Source of the DNA: Deferrisomatales bacterium
GTDB taxonomy: Bacteria > Desulfobacterota > Deferrisomatia > Deferrisomatales > JACRMM01
Assembly: GCA_033551855.1 (NCBI GenBank)
Contig: JAWSUI010000004.1
Location: forward strand, 2,673 to 66,672
Length of the DNA: 64,000 nucleotides
Reading direction: 5' to 3'
Shown here: piece by piece, positions 52,606 through 61,120 of the stretch
Position numbering within the stretch: the stretch's first letter is position 1
Layout: each line of letters opens with the position of its first letter
Made by a program: the position numbers and the translations under genes
The notes under the pieces: model-generated
Databases searched by the model: none
Told to the model about the DNA's origin: nothing
What the model saw: the letters and a program-made list of their open reading frames with translations, nothing else

Positions 52606-53679
52606 ATGGAGAACACGCATCCGGTGCGGTTCGCGGTGATCGCGGTCTTCTTGGTGCTGGGGGCGGTCGCAGCCCTGGCGTCCGCCCGCCAGGGGGGCGA
52701 GGACTACCCTGGGGGGCGGTTCCTGGCCACGGGGACGTGGCTGCGGGCGCACCTGAACGACCCGAATCTGGTCGTGGTCGATGTGCGTACCGACCGGGAC
52801 TTCGACGGCCGCGCCATCCCGGGCGCGGTTCGGATGCCCTGGACGCTCTTCCGCTACGACGACCCGTCGCGTGGCCACGGGGACATCTTCGTGGGCACCG
52901 TGCGGGCCCAGGAGATCCTGGGGGCGCACGGCATCGCCCGCACGGACACCGTGGTGCTGTACGACACGGCAAAGAAGGACGGCGGGGCGCTCTCGTCCTA
53001 TGTCTTCTGGGTCCTCGATCTCCTGGGCCACCGGGAGATGAAGGTCTTGGAGCGGGGCCTCGACGGGTGGCTCGCGGCGGGGGGCGAGACGGCCCCCGAG
53101 CCGCGTACCCCCGAGCCGCTTCTCTATCAGGCACCGGCCACCGAGATTCGACGGAGCCGCATGGTGGACGCGGCGTTCGTGCAGGCGCGGCTCGGCGATC
53201 CCTACTACCAGATCCTGGACGTGCGTTCCCGGGAGGAGTACCTGGGCGAGCGACCCAGTGAGGGTCTCGGCGGGGAGCCCCTGCGCCTGGGGCACATCCC
53301 CACGGCGGTCAACGTGGATTACCGGCTCCACTGGGCCGATTCCGAGACCAAGGCCCTCATGAGCTACGGGGAGCTCCAGGAGCTGTACCGGGGCCTCGAC
53401 CCCTCGAAGACCGTCATCACCTACTGCCATTCGGGCCGCCGCGCGTCGTTCAGCTACTTCGTGCTCCGACTCATGGGGCTCGAGGACGTGGCCATGTACG
53501 AGGCGTCGTGGTTCGAGTGGGGGAACCCCCGGACCTTTTTCCCCATCGAGCTCGAGGAGCGCGTCCTGAGCGGAGAGCGCCCGGGAACACCCCTTCGGAA
53601 AGCCGAGGCCGGCCGGTCCGCCCCGCCCCGGCCCGAGGCCGCCCCCGTCCGGGGCGGGTACGTCTCGTGCGGCGGGTGA
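52606..53679 (+). CDS. exported tandem-domain rhodanese / sulfurtransferase
   Basis: Signal peptide, VDVR, GHIPTA, active-site YCHSGRRA, YEASWFEWG; Pro/Ala linker ending GGYVSCGG. Confidence 0.88.
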   Translation: MENTHPVRFAVIAVFLVLGAVAALASARQGGEDYPGGRFLATGTWLRAHLNDPNLVVVDVRTDRDFDGRAIPGAVRMPWTLFRYDDPSRGHGDIFVGTVRAQEILGAHGIARTDTVVLYDTAKKDGGALSSYVFWVLDLLGHREMKVLERGLDGWLAAGGETAPEPRTPEPLLYQAPATEIRRSRMVDAAFVQARLGDPYYQILDVRSREEYLGERPSEGLGGEPLRLGHIPTAVNVDYRLHWADSETKALMSYGELQELYRGLDPSKTVITYCHSGRRASFSYFVLRLMGLEDVAMYEASWFEWGNPRTFFPIELEERVLSGERPGTPLRKAEAGRSAPPRPEAAPVRGGYVSCGG

Positions 53680-53687
53680 GGAGAGCC

Positions 53688-54230
53688 ATGCACACGCCAC
53701 GGCCTGACAACGTGTACTGGGGGTGGGTGCCTTCGGCCTTTGCCCTGGCCGGGATCGTCCTGTTCGTCTTCGCCACCTTCGGGCCACCTGCGTCGTCGAG
53801 TGGGTTCGTCACGTCCTTGAAGGGCGCGCTGTCCCAACTCGCCCCGGACTACGCCGAGTCTCACGAGCACTACCGCATGATGCCCGGCCCGGGATCGTGG
53901 CTCATGGCCTTCGTCCTCGGCATGGCCATGGGCGGGTTCGTCGGGGGCCGAACGCTTCGAAAGCCGATGCGTGACGTGCCGGTCCTCTGGGAGAGGCGCT
54001 TCGGGCAGGACCGGGGAGGCCGGGTGAAGCGGTACCTGGCGTGTTTTGCCGGGGGGTTCCTGATCCTCTTCGGCGCCCGCCTGGCGGGCGGCTGCACCCT
54101 GGGGCTCTTCATCTCCGGTTCCACCCAGCTCGCCGTGAGCGGGCTGTACTTCGGGGTGGTGATCTTCGCCGTGGCCATGCTGGTCGCGCGCCTCGTCTAC
54201 GGGAGGACGGTCCGGGAGGTGTCGAGATGA
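53688..54230 (+). CDS. YeeE/YedE family sulfur-compound transporter half
   Basis: Hydrophobic, 'FGARLAGGCTLG' motif. Confidence 0.85.
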   Translation: MHTPRPDNVYWGWVPSAFALAGIVLFVFATFGPPASSSGFVTSLKGALSQLAPDYAESHEHYRMMPGPGSWLMAFVLGMAMGGFVGGRTLRKPMRDVPVLWERRFGQDRGGRVKRYLACFAGGFLILFGARLAGGCTLGLFISGSTQLAVSGLYFGVVIFAVAMLVARLVYGRTVREVSR

Positions 54231-54766
54231 CGCAGGTCTGGCTGGGACTCTTCTCGGGACTCGCGTTCGGGTTCGTGATCCAACGGGCGGGGGCCACCGA
54301 TCCGGATCAGATGGCCCGCGGACACCTGATGCTCGACGGCCGTCTGCCGCGGTTCATGGTGCTGGCCGTGGCTCTGGCGGCGGTGGGCCTCCTGGGCCTC
54401 CAGTCGGCCGGCGTGGGGCGCACGATGGTCCTGCCCGTGAGCCTGGTGGCCACCGGCCTGGGGGCCGTGATCTTCGGGGTCGGTTGGGGCCTTTCCGGGT
54501 ACTGCCCCGGCACCTGCTGGGCCGCCGCCGGCGAAGGGCGGATGGACGCACTCTTCGCCCTCCTGGGGGGCTTTGCCGGGACCGCGGTGTTTGCCCACTT
54601 CCACGAGGTGCTGGTGCCGGCCCTGTACCTGCCCACGAGCCTCGGTCCCCTCACCCTGGCCGACTGGCTGGGGTCTCCAGCCCTCGCCACGGGCGTTCTG
54701 GCGGTGGGATTCGGCCTGTGTGCCTGGCTGATGGGCTATGTCTGGGGCCGCGGTGAGGAGGGCTGA
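54227..54766 (+). CDS. YeeE/YedE family sulfur-compound transporter half
   Basis: 'GLAFGFVIQR', 'IFGVGWGLSGYCPGT' motif; ATGA overlap. Confidence 0.87.
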   Translation: MTQVWLGLFSGLAFGFVIQRAGATDPDQMARGHLMLDGRLPRFMVLAVALAAVGLLGLQSAGVGRTMVLPVSLVATGLGAVIFGVGWGLSGYCPGTCWAAAGEGRMDALFALLGGFAGTAVFAHFHEVLVPALYLPTSLGPLTLADWLGSPALATGVLAVGFGLCAWLMGYVWGRGEEG

Positions 54767-55373
54767 CGCAGCCCTCGGCGCCGCTTTGCTGGTTTGTGCG
54801 TTCGGCGTCAGCCTGGCGGCGGGGTGCTCGCGGGAACCGGGAGAGGTGCCCGTCTCCGTGCCCCGGGGTTACGTTCCCCGGCTCGAGCTCTCCTTCGAGG
54901 GGCACCAGTACGGCTTCGGGCCCTTCGTGGGGTACTACTTCCGGCCGGACGAACCAGCCGATCTCACCCGCCTGCGCTTCGTCTGCTACAACGAGCGGGG
55001 CTTCTACGCGTCGGATGCCCCCGTGAACGCCCTGCTCTACGAGGGGGAGGCGGTGCTGGCGCGGCTGCCCGAGGGGCCCCAGGCGTTGCTCCGGGGCCCC
55101 GGGGACCGGATCGAGCCCCTGTTCTTCGATGAGGCGCCCCCGGAATGGCTCGCCACTCGGCCGGAGCCCCAGGAGGAGTTCGTGCACTTCCACTCGGCCT
55201 ACGACGCCGTCGGCCCGGCCCTGGTGGGGTACTGGCTCCGCCACGTCGCGGTGAGGGGATTCACCTATGACATGGGGGGGCGCGTGGGTCCGGGGGGGCC
55301 CTTGTACCATGCGGTGCCGCCGGGGCCGGACCTGGAGTTCCCCCGCATCATCGAGTTCGACCGGGGGCCGTGA
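54738..55373 (+). CDS. hypothetical lipoprotein
   Basis: Lipobox-like LAAG-C, aromatic-rich body, FVHFHSAYD; start uncertain. Confidence 0.65.
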   Translation: MSGAAVRRADAALGAALLVCAFGVSLAAGCSREPGEVPVSVPRGYVPRLELSFEGHQYGFGPFVGYYFRPDEPADLTRLRFVCYNERGFYASDAPVNALLYEGEAVLARLPEGPQALLRGPGDRIEPLFFDEAPPEWLATRPEPQEEFVHFHSAYDAVGPALVGYWLRHVAVRGFTYDMGGRVGPGGPLYHAVPPGPDLEFPRIIEFDRGP

Positions 55374-55414
55374 ACCCCGCCCCGTTCTTCTCCGAGACGG
55401 GGGGTCCAGGTTGG

Positions 55415-55499
55415 TCACGATCCGCCACCAGGTGTTCGGGCGGGGCCGGGGAGCGGAGGGGCTCCCCGGCCCCGGCACGTGTCAGGCGATGGATCCCGG
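55415..55499. mobile_element. internally deleted family C element (85 bp, inverted)
   Basis: Reverse complement starts ccgggatccatcgcctgacacgtgcc and ends cccgaacacctggtggcggatcgtga. Confidence 0.65.
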
Positions 55500-55551
55500 C
55501 GCACCTTGCCTCTTGCGCCGGTGACCCGTCTCCAGGACACTGGCCGCGCCC

Positions 55552-57363
55552 ATGACTGCCCAGACCCTCCTCACCTTCGGTATCCTGGCGGCCGCCATCG
55601 TTCTCTTTCTGAGCGAACGGGTCCGGGCCGATCTGGTGGCCCTGTGGGTGGTGGCCGCCCTCGGGCTCACCGGTGTCCTGAGCCCCCAGCAGGCCTTTTC
55701 CGGTTTCGGCAGCCCGGCCGTGGCCATCATCGTCTCCATCTTCGTGCTTGCCGAGGGGCTGCGGGTCACGGGCCTCACGGATCGGGTCGGCGCGCTTCTT
55801 CTCCGCCTCGGGGGACGGGGCGAGGGCCGGCTCGCCTCGGCGGTCATGCTCTCGGGGGCGTTCCTCGCCCTGTTCATGAACAACACTGCCGCCGCTTCGC
55901 TCCTCCTCCCCGCCGCCACCAGCGCGGGACGGTGGGCAGGCGTCTCGGTCTCGCGGCTGCTCATGCCCCTGGCGTTCGCCACGATTCTCGGGGGCACGGC
56001 GACCCTTCTCACGACCAGCAACGTGGTGGTGAGCGACATCCTGCGGGAGCGGGGCTACCGGGGGTACGGGCTCCTGGACTTCCTCGCCGTGGGCTTGCCC
56101 CTGGTAGCCGTGGGCGTGGCCTACATGGCGGTGCTCGGGGTGCGGCTGCTGCCCCGGCACTCCCCGGGCGAGGCCGAGCGGACCGGACCGCAGGGGGACT
56201 TGCTGCAGGTCTACCGCCTTGGCGAGCGGCTGTTCCGCGTCCGCGTCGAGCCGGGTTCCTCCCTTGACGGCAAGTCCCTGGCCGCGTGCAGCTTTCGGGA
56301 GCTCTGCGGGGCCACCGTCGTGGCCGTGGAACGAGGCGGTCGCGTATCCCTCTCCCCGGAGCCGGGGGAGGTGCTCCGAGGGGGCGATGTCCTTCTCCTG
56401 GAGGGGAAGCAGGAGGAGCTCGAGCAGATGGACGGCGAGCATTGCCTCCTCTCCCTGGAGGCGGCCGCACCCCCGGCGGAACACCTGGAGTCCTCGACCG
56501 TGGCGGTGGTGGAGGCCGTGCTCTCCCCCCGGTCCGCCCTGATCGGCCAGACCCTGGCGGGGGCACACTTCCGGGAGAAGTACGGCATGACCGTGCTGGC
56601 CCTCTGGCGGGCGGGCAAGCCCACCCGCACCGGCCTCCGGGACCTGGAGCTGCGCTTCGGCGACGCCCTCCTGCTCCAGGGCCCCCGGGAGCGGATCCCG
56701 GTGCTGCGGTCGGACCCGGACCTGATCCTCCTGGAATCGGGGGTGGCCGAGCCCCGCAGGCCCGAGAAGGCCCCCCTGGCCCTGCTGATCATGGGCGCGA
56801 CGCTGCTCTGCCTGCTCCTGGGGTGGCCGTCACCGGCCCTGGCGGTGTTGGCCGGGGCCCTGTGCATGATCCTGGCGCGGGTCCTCCCGGCCGACCTGGC
56901 GTACCAGGCCATCGAGTGGCGCGTGATCTTCCTGATGGCGGGGATGTTGCCGATCTCCACGGCCATGGTGGAGAGCGGCGCTGCACAATTGTTGGCGGAG
57001 GGGATCGTGCGGGGTCTCGGGGGCGCCGGCCCCCTGGCAGTGGCAATGGGGGCGTTCGGCCTGTCGGCCCTCCTAGTGCAGACCATGAGCGGGGTTGCGG
57101 TGGCGGCGGTGGTGGCCCCCGTGGCCATCCTCGCGGCGGACACCCTGGGGCTGGACCCTCGGGCGATGGGCATGGCGGTGGTCCTGGGAAGCTCCATGGC
57201 CTTCGTGACTCCCCTCGGCCACCCGGTCAACCTCCTGGTCATGGGCCCCGGAGGCTATCGGTTTCGTGACTTCCTCAAGGTGGGGCTCCCCCTGACCCTG
57301 CTGCTGTTCGCCGTGGTGGCGGCCCTGCTGCCCGTCGTCTGGCCCCTGCGCGGGGCACCTTGA
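55552..57363 (+). CDS. SLC13/CitMHS family permease with two TrkA-C domains
   Basis: FMNNTAA, LGGTATLL, central RCK-C domains, TPLGHPVNLLVMGPGGYRFRDF. Confidence 0.9.
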   Translation: MTAQTLLTFGILAAAIVLFLSERVRADLVALWVVAALGLTGVLSPQQAFSGFGSPAVAIIVSIFVLAEGLRVTGLTDRVGALLLRLGGRGEGRLASAVMLSGAFLALFMNNTAAASLLLPAATSAGRWAGVSVSRLLMPLAFATILGGTATLLTTSNVVVSDILRERGYRGYGLLDFLAVGLPLVAVGVAYMAVLGVRLLPRHSPGEAERTGPQGDLLQVYRLGERLFRVRVEPGSSLDGKSLAACSFRELCGATVVAVERGGRVSLSPEPGEVLRGGDVLLLEGKQEELEQMDGEHCLLSLEAAAPPAEHLESSTVAVVEAVLSPRSALIGQTLAGAHFREKYGMTVLALWRAGKPTRTGLRDLELRFGDALLLQGPRERIPVLRSDPDLILLESGVAEPRRPEKAPLALLIMGATLLCLLLGWPSPALAVLAGALCMILARVLPADLAYQAIEWRVIFLMAGMLPISTAMVESGAAQLLAEGIVRGLGGAGPLAVAMGAFGLSALLVQTMSGVAVAAVVAPVAILAADTLGLDPRAMGMAVVLGSSMAFVTPLGHPVNLLVMGPGGYRFRDFLKVGLPLTLLLFAVVAALLPVVWPLRGAP

Positions 57364-57451
57364 CCGACACGGGCCGGGGGCTCCCCGACCCCGAGCACGT
57401 TCCAAGTGGTGAATCCAGGTTCATCCCTCGGGTTGACCCCGGGTCAGCACC

Positions 57452-59167
57452 TCACACGATCCAGAGTCCTCGGGTGAACCGGGGGTCAGGCACCTCGTCC
57501 ACCGCCAGGTGGCCGAACTCCTCCTCGAGAAGCCAGAAGCACCCGCCCACGAATTCCCGGAGGTGGCCCTCTTCCGAGGGGGTGAGGTCGCCGGCCGCCT
57601 TCGCCCACTCCACTGCCGTGTCGTCGAGGCCGGGCTTGACCCGGCGAGGGGGGGTCTCCGAGGCCCACACCCGGGAGAGCCCCTGCCGTACATCGTTCCG
57701 GGGGATGGGAGCGAAGCGGAAGGAACGCTCCAGGGCGGCATTCACGAGCGCCGTCAGGAACACCGTGCTGCCTTTGAGGTTCTCGGTCTCGACTCCGACC
57801 CGGGCCTCCTTGAGGTCGCCCAGGTGCAGCTCCACGATGCTGAGCAGGAAACGCCCCAGAAAGTCCGCCTGGTCTACGGTCCTCTCGGCCCGCCGCACTT
57901 CCCCGAGGGCCCGGAAGGGTCTGTAGGGCGGAGTCTCTCCCTCCCCGGCGTACCAGAGGGGATGGACCCGGAGCAGTCCCTCCAGCACCTCGGGCAGAGG
58001 GGAATCCAGGAAGAGAAGGCGCTCCTTGTGGCCCTGGGGCCAACCCTTTTCGAACAGGCCCCGGGCCCTGCCCCTCAGCGCCCGGATGGGGCCCCAGCCG
58101 GCCTGGAAGAGGTGCTGGAGCCAGTGTTCCTCCAGGGCCCGGGCGGCCGCTGCCTCGTCGAGATCGCACAGGGACTCCAGGCCGACGGAGACATAGGAGC
58201 TCACCTTTCGCAGCGCCGCCTGGAAGGAGCCCAGGTCGTCCAGGTCGAGCCGATCCGCGACCGCCACCTTGTTGGTGAGATAGGCGAGATCGGACCAGAG
58301 GCCGTCCAGGGTCGGTCCCGGGGGGACGTGCCGCAGGGCGTGCAGGAAGACGTCGGGTGTCGCGTCGGGAAGGGCGACGGGATACCGGGGGGGGGCCGCC
58401 GGCGGCTCGTCCGAGTCCCGCTTGGGGTCCCTGGGGCGACGGGGCAGCTCGTCGGCGGTCGACGCCCGGAGGGGGGCGTAGACCTCCAGGGCCTCCTCCC
58501 GCGGAGGAAATCCTCGAAGGGCCAGCCGCCGCTGGCGCTCCTGGTACTCCGCTTCCTCGAGCTCCGAGTCCAGGTCGCGCATGAGCGCCTCCACCAAGCG
58601 GGCATAGCGGTCGGGATCCGTATCGCGGACGATTCGCAACAGGTCTCGCACCAACGGCTCGGCCTCGGGGGACGTGGCAATGTAGTACCGGCCCTCCAGG
58701 GTGAAGGGTGCTCTGCCCGGCAGCTCCTGAAAGGGATCCCGCTCCTCGTCCGCGAGGTGCACGGCGGCGACGCTGCCCAAGAGGAGCACCCACGTGGCGA
58801 GGTCCAGGCGCTGGAGCCATCGGCCCAGGGCTTCCTCCCCGCAGGAGTGGAGGCGCCCGAGCCACGGGAGGACGCGCTCCCTGCGGATCCGATCCCCCTT
58901 CCAGAGCTCCAGGTCCAGGACGAGCTCCACCTGTTCGGTGCGCGCGTGGCGCAGCACGTCGGGGACGTTGTCCGCGTCGAGCTCCTTGAGGGTGAAGTAG
59001 AGCTCCTCGGGGGGCATGAGACCGACCACGGCTCCGAGGTTGCTCGAAACCAGGAGGCGGTCTTCGCGTTCGTGCCCGCGCACCGAGAGCACCGCGTCGA
59101 TCTCCCGCCGCAGCGGCGTTGGCGTGGGCGAGGGGAAAACGGGTCGGGGCCGGGGGTGGTGAGGCAT
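57452..59167 (-). CDS. DUF6178-like hypothetical protein
   Basis: 'LDLELWKGD', 'GFPPREEALEVY', 'LTNKVAVAD'; long ORF with coding-like codon usage; start uncertain. Confidence 0.65.
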   Translation of the reverse strand: MPHHPRPRPVFPSPTPTPLRREIDAVLSVRGHEREDRLLVSSNLGAVVGLMPPEELYFTLKELDADNVPDVLRHARTEQVELVLDLELWKGDRIRRERVLPWLGRLHSCGEEALGRWLQRLDLATWVLLLGSVAAVHLADEERDPFQELPGRAPFTLEGRYYIATSPEAEPLVRDLLRIVRDTDPDRYARLVEALMRDLDSELEEAEYQERQRRLALRGFPPREEALEVYAPLRASTADELPRRPRDPKRDSDEPPAAPPRYPVALPDATPDVFLHALRHVPPGPTLDGLWSDLAYLTNKVAVADRLDLDDLGSFQAALRKVSSYVSVGLESLCDLDEAAAARALEEHWLQHLFQAGWGPIRALRGRARGLFEKGWPQGHKERLLFLDSPLPEVLEGLLRVHPLWYAGEGETPPYRPFRALGEVRRAERTVDQADFLGRFLLSIVELHLGDLKEARVGVETENLKGSTVFLTALVNAALERSFRFAPIPRNDVRQGLSRVWASETPPRRVKPGLDDTAVEWAKAAGDLTPSEEGHLREFVGGCFWLLEEEFGHLAVDEVPDPRFTRGLWIV

Positions 59168-59255
59168 GGAGCGGGCCTCCGTCGGATGGCGGGTTGGGCG
59201 GGGGGCGCCGCAAGGGTAGCACGGCTTCCGCGACTCCTTCCAGGCGCGGAAGCCT

Positions 59256-59488
59256 CCCGGAGTCCCCGCCTGACACGTGGTCGGAGCCGGGGAGCCCTCG
59301 GCTTCGCCCCGCAATCCGCGGCCTCTGGCCTCCCACTCACCCGCTTCCCTCATCTCCCTCCCCCATCGGGGGAGGGCCGGGGTGGGGGCCTCCCACTCAT
59401 CCCGCTTCCCTAGTCTCCCTCCCCCATCGGGGGAGGGCCGGGGTGGGGGCCTCCCGGTCCCGCCCGAACAGTTGGTGGTGGATCTTGG
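59256..59488. mobile_element. family C element carrying an internal 60/61-bp tandem repeat
   Basis: Family C ends (cctgacacgtgg... / ...ggtggtggatcttgg); 59327-59455 is two copies of a unit with hairpin CCCTCCCCCATCGGGGGAGGG. Confidence 0.7.
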
Positions 59489-59593
59489 GCCTCCTGGAAG
59501 GTCCGTTGCGCAAGGGAACGGCAGAGCGCTGCGGTTGCGGGCAGGGAAGCCTGTTGCGTAGGATGGGTGCCGACCCCGGAGAGGAGGTGTGCG

Positions 59594-61120
59594 GTGATCC
59601 CAGGGAGGCGACTAGGTGCGTCAACCGTTCTAGCGCTCGCGGCGGCGTTCGGTTTCCTGCTGGAAACCGGCTCGGCCGGCGCATCGCCGGCCCCGAGTCT
59701 GGAGGGTCGGGTCGCGGAGCGGCGGCTGGCCAACGGCCTGACTGTCCTCGTGCTCCCCCGTCCGGCTTCCCCGACGGTCAGTCTGCAGATGACCTTCCGG
59801 GTGGGGGGGGTGGACGAGCCGGCAGGCCAGACGGGTACCGCACACCTGCTGGAGCACATGCTCTTCAAAGGAACCCGGACCCTGGGCACGGTGGACTGGA
59901 AGCGCGAGGAGCCCCTCCTGGCCCGGATCGAGGCCGTCGGGCGGGAGCTGGACGCCGAGCGCCGGCGGGGCCGTGCAGCGGACGCCTCCCGGCTGGAGGA
60001 GCTCGCCGCCCGGCTGGAGGAGCTCCAGCGGGATCACCGGCCGCTGGTGGTGAAGGACGAAATCGACGCCATCTACGCGCGCCACGGTGCCGTGGGGTTC
60101 AACGCGTCCACGAGCGCCGACCTCACGAGCTACACCGTGAGCCTGCCCTCGGACCGGCTCGAGCTCTGGGCCGCCATCGAGGCGGCGCGCATGGGGGACC
60201 CCGTGCTGCGGGAGTACTACGTGGAGCGGGAGGTCGTGCAGGAGGAGCGGGCCCAGCGATTCGGGGGGGACCCGGGCGGCCGCCTCTACGAAGCCCTCCT
60301 GTCCGCGGCCTTTGCCGCGCACCCCTATGGAAATCCGGTGATCGGGTGGCCCTCGGATCTCGCCGTGCTCGACATCGAAGACACGCATTCCTTCTATCGG
60401 CGGTACTACGGGCCCGACAACTGCGTGATCGCCGCCGTGGGGGACGTGGAGCCCGACGGGTTCTTCGCCCTGGTGGAACGGTATTTCGGGGGGATTCCGG
60501 CGCGGGGAGTCGGCCGGGCGCACCGGACCGAGGAGCCGCCCCAGACGGGACCCAGGCGGGTGGAAGTCACCTTCGATGCCGAGCCGCGCTTGGCGGTGGG
60601 GTTCCACAAGCCCACCCTGCCGGAGCGGGACGACTACGTCTTCGACGTCATCGCGGGTGTGCTGTCCGACGGGCGCAGCTCCCGCCTGGTGCGCGAGCTC
60701 GTCGACCGCAAGCGCGTGGCCGCCGCGGTTCGGGCCGTGAACGGGATTCCCGGCGCTCGCTACCCGAACCTTTTTGCCGTGTTCCTGACCCCCCTCGCCC
60801 ACGTGACCCCCGAAGAGGCCGAGGAGGCCCTGCTCGAGGAGCTCCGGCGGCTGGCGGAGGAGCCGCCTTCCCCCGAGGAGATCTCCCGGGTCGTCCGCCG
60901 GCTCGAGGCCGCCCGGGTGCGGTCGCTGGTGTCCAATGCGGCCCTCGCGCGGCAGTTGGCGTACTTCCAGGCGGTGGCGGGGGACTGGCGCTACCTGGAG
61001 GAGCACGCGGCGGTCTTGGCCGGAGTGACGCCCGAGGAGGTGGCTGCGGCGGCCCGGACCTACCTGACGGCGGCGAACCGCACCGTGGCCGTTCTCCGGG
61101 GCGAAGGGGGCGGCTCGTGA
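59594..61120 (+). CDS. M16 (pitrilysin) family zinc peptidase, catalytic subunit
   Basis: AHLLEHMLFKG inverted zinc motif, FNASTS, HPYGNPVIGW; GAGGAGG RBS. Confidence 0.92.
   Translation: MIPGRRLGASTVLALAAAFGFLLETGSAGASPAPSLEGRVAERRLANGLTVLVLPRPASPTVSLQMTFRVGGVDEPAGQTGTAHLLEHMLFKGTRTLGTVDWKREEPLLARIEAVGRELDAERRRGRAADASRLEELAARLEELQRDHRPLVVKDEIDAIYARHGAVGFNASTSADLTSYTVSLPSDRLELWAAIEAARMGDPVLREYYVEREVVQEERAQRFGGDPGGRLYEALLSAAFAAHPYGNPVIGWPSDLAVLDIEDTHSFYRRYYGPDNCVIAAVGDVEPDGFFALVERYFGGIPARGVGRAHRTEEPPQTGPRRVEVTFDAEPRLAVGFHKPTLPERDDYVFDVIAGVLSDGRSSRLVRELVDRKRVAAAVRAVNGIPGARYPNLFAVFLTPLAHVTPEEAEEALLEELRRLAEEPPSPEEISRVVRRLEAARVRSLVSNAALARQLAYFQAVAGDWRYLEEHAAVLAGVTPEEVAAAARTYLTAANRTVAVLRGEGGGS

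Noticed and set aside
53668-53690. TGA after the rhodanese Cys-Gly-Gly as selenocysteine read-through
   Set aside because: The next gene's RBS and ATG follow immediately and no SECIS-like hairpin is evident
59327-59455. Possible CRISPR array (also considered 37541-37585)
   Set aside because: Tandem units with no unique spacers, only 2-3 copies, no cas genes
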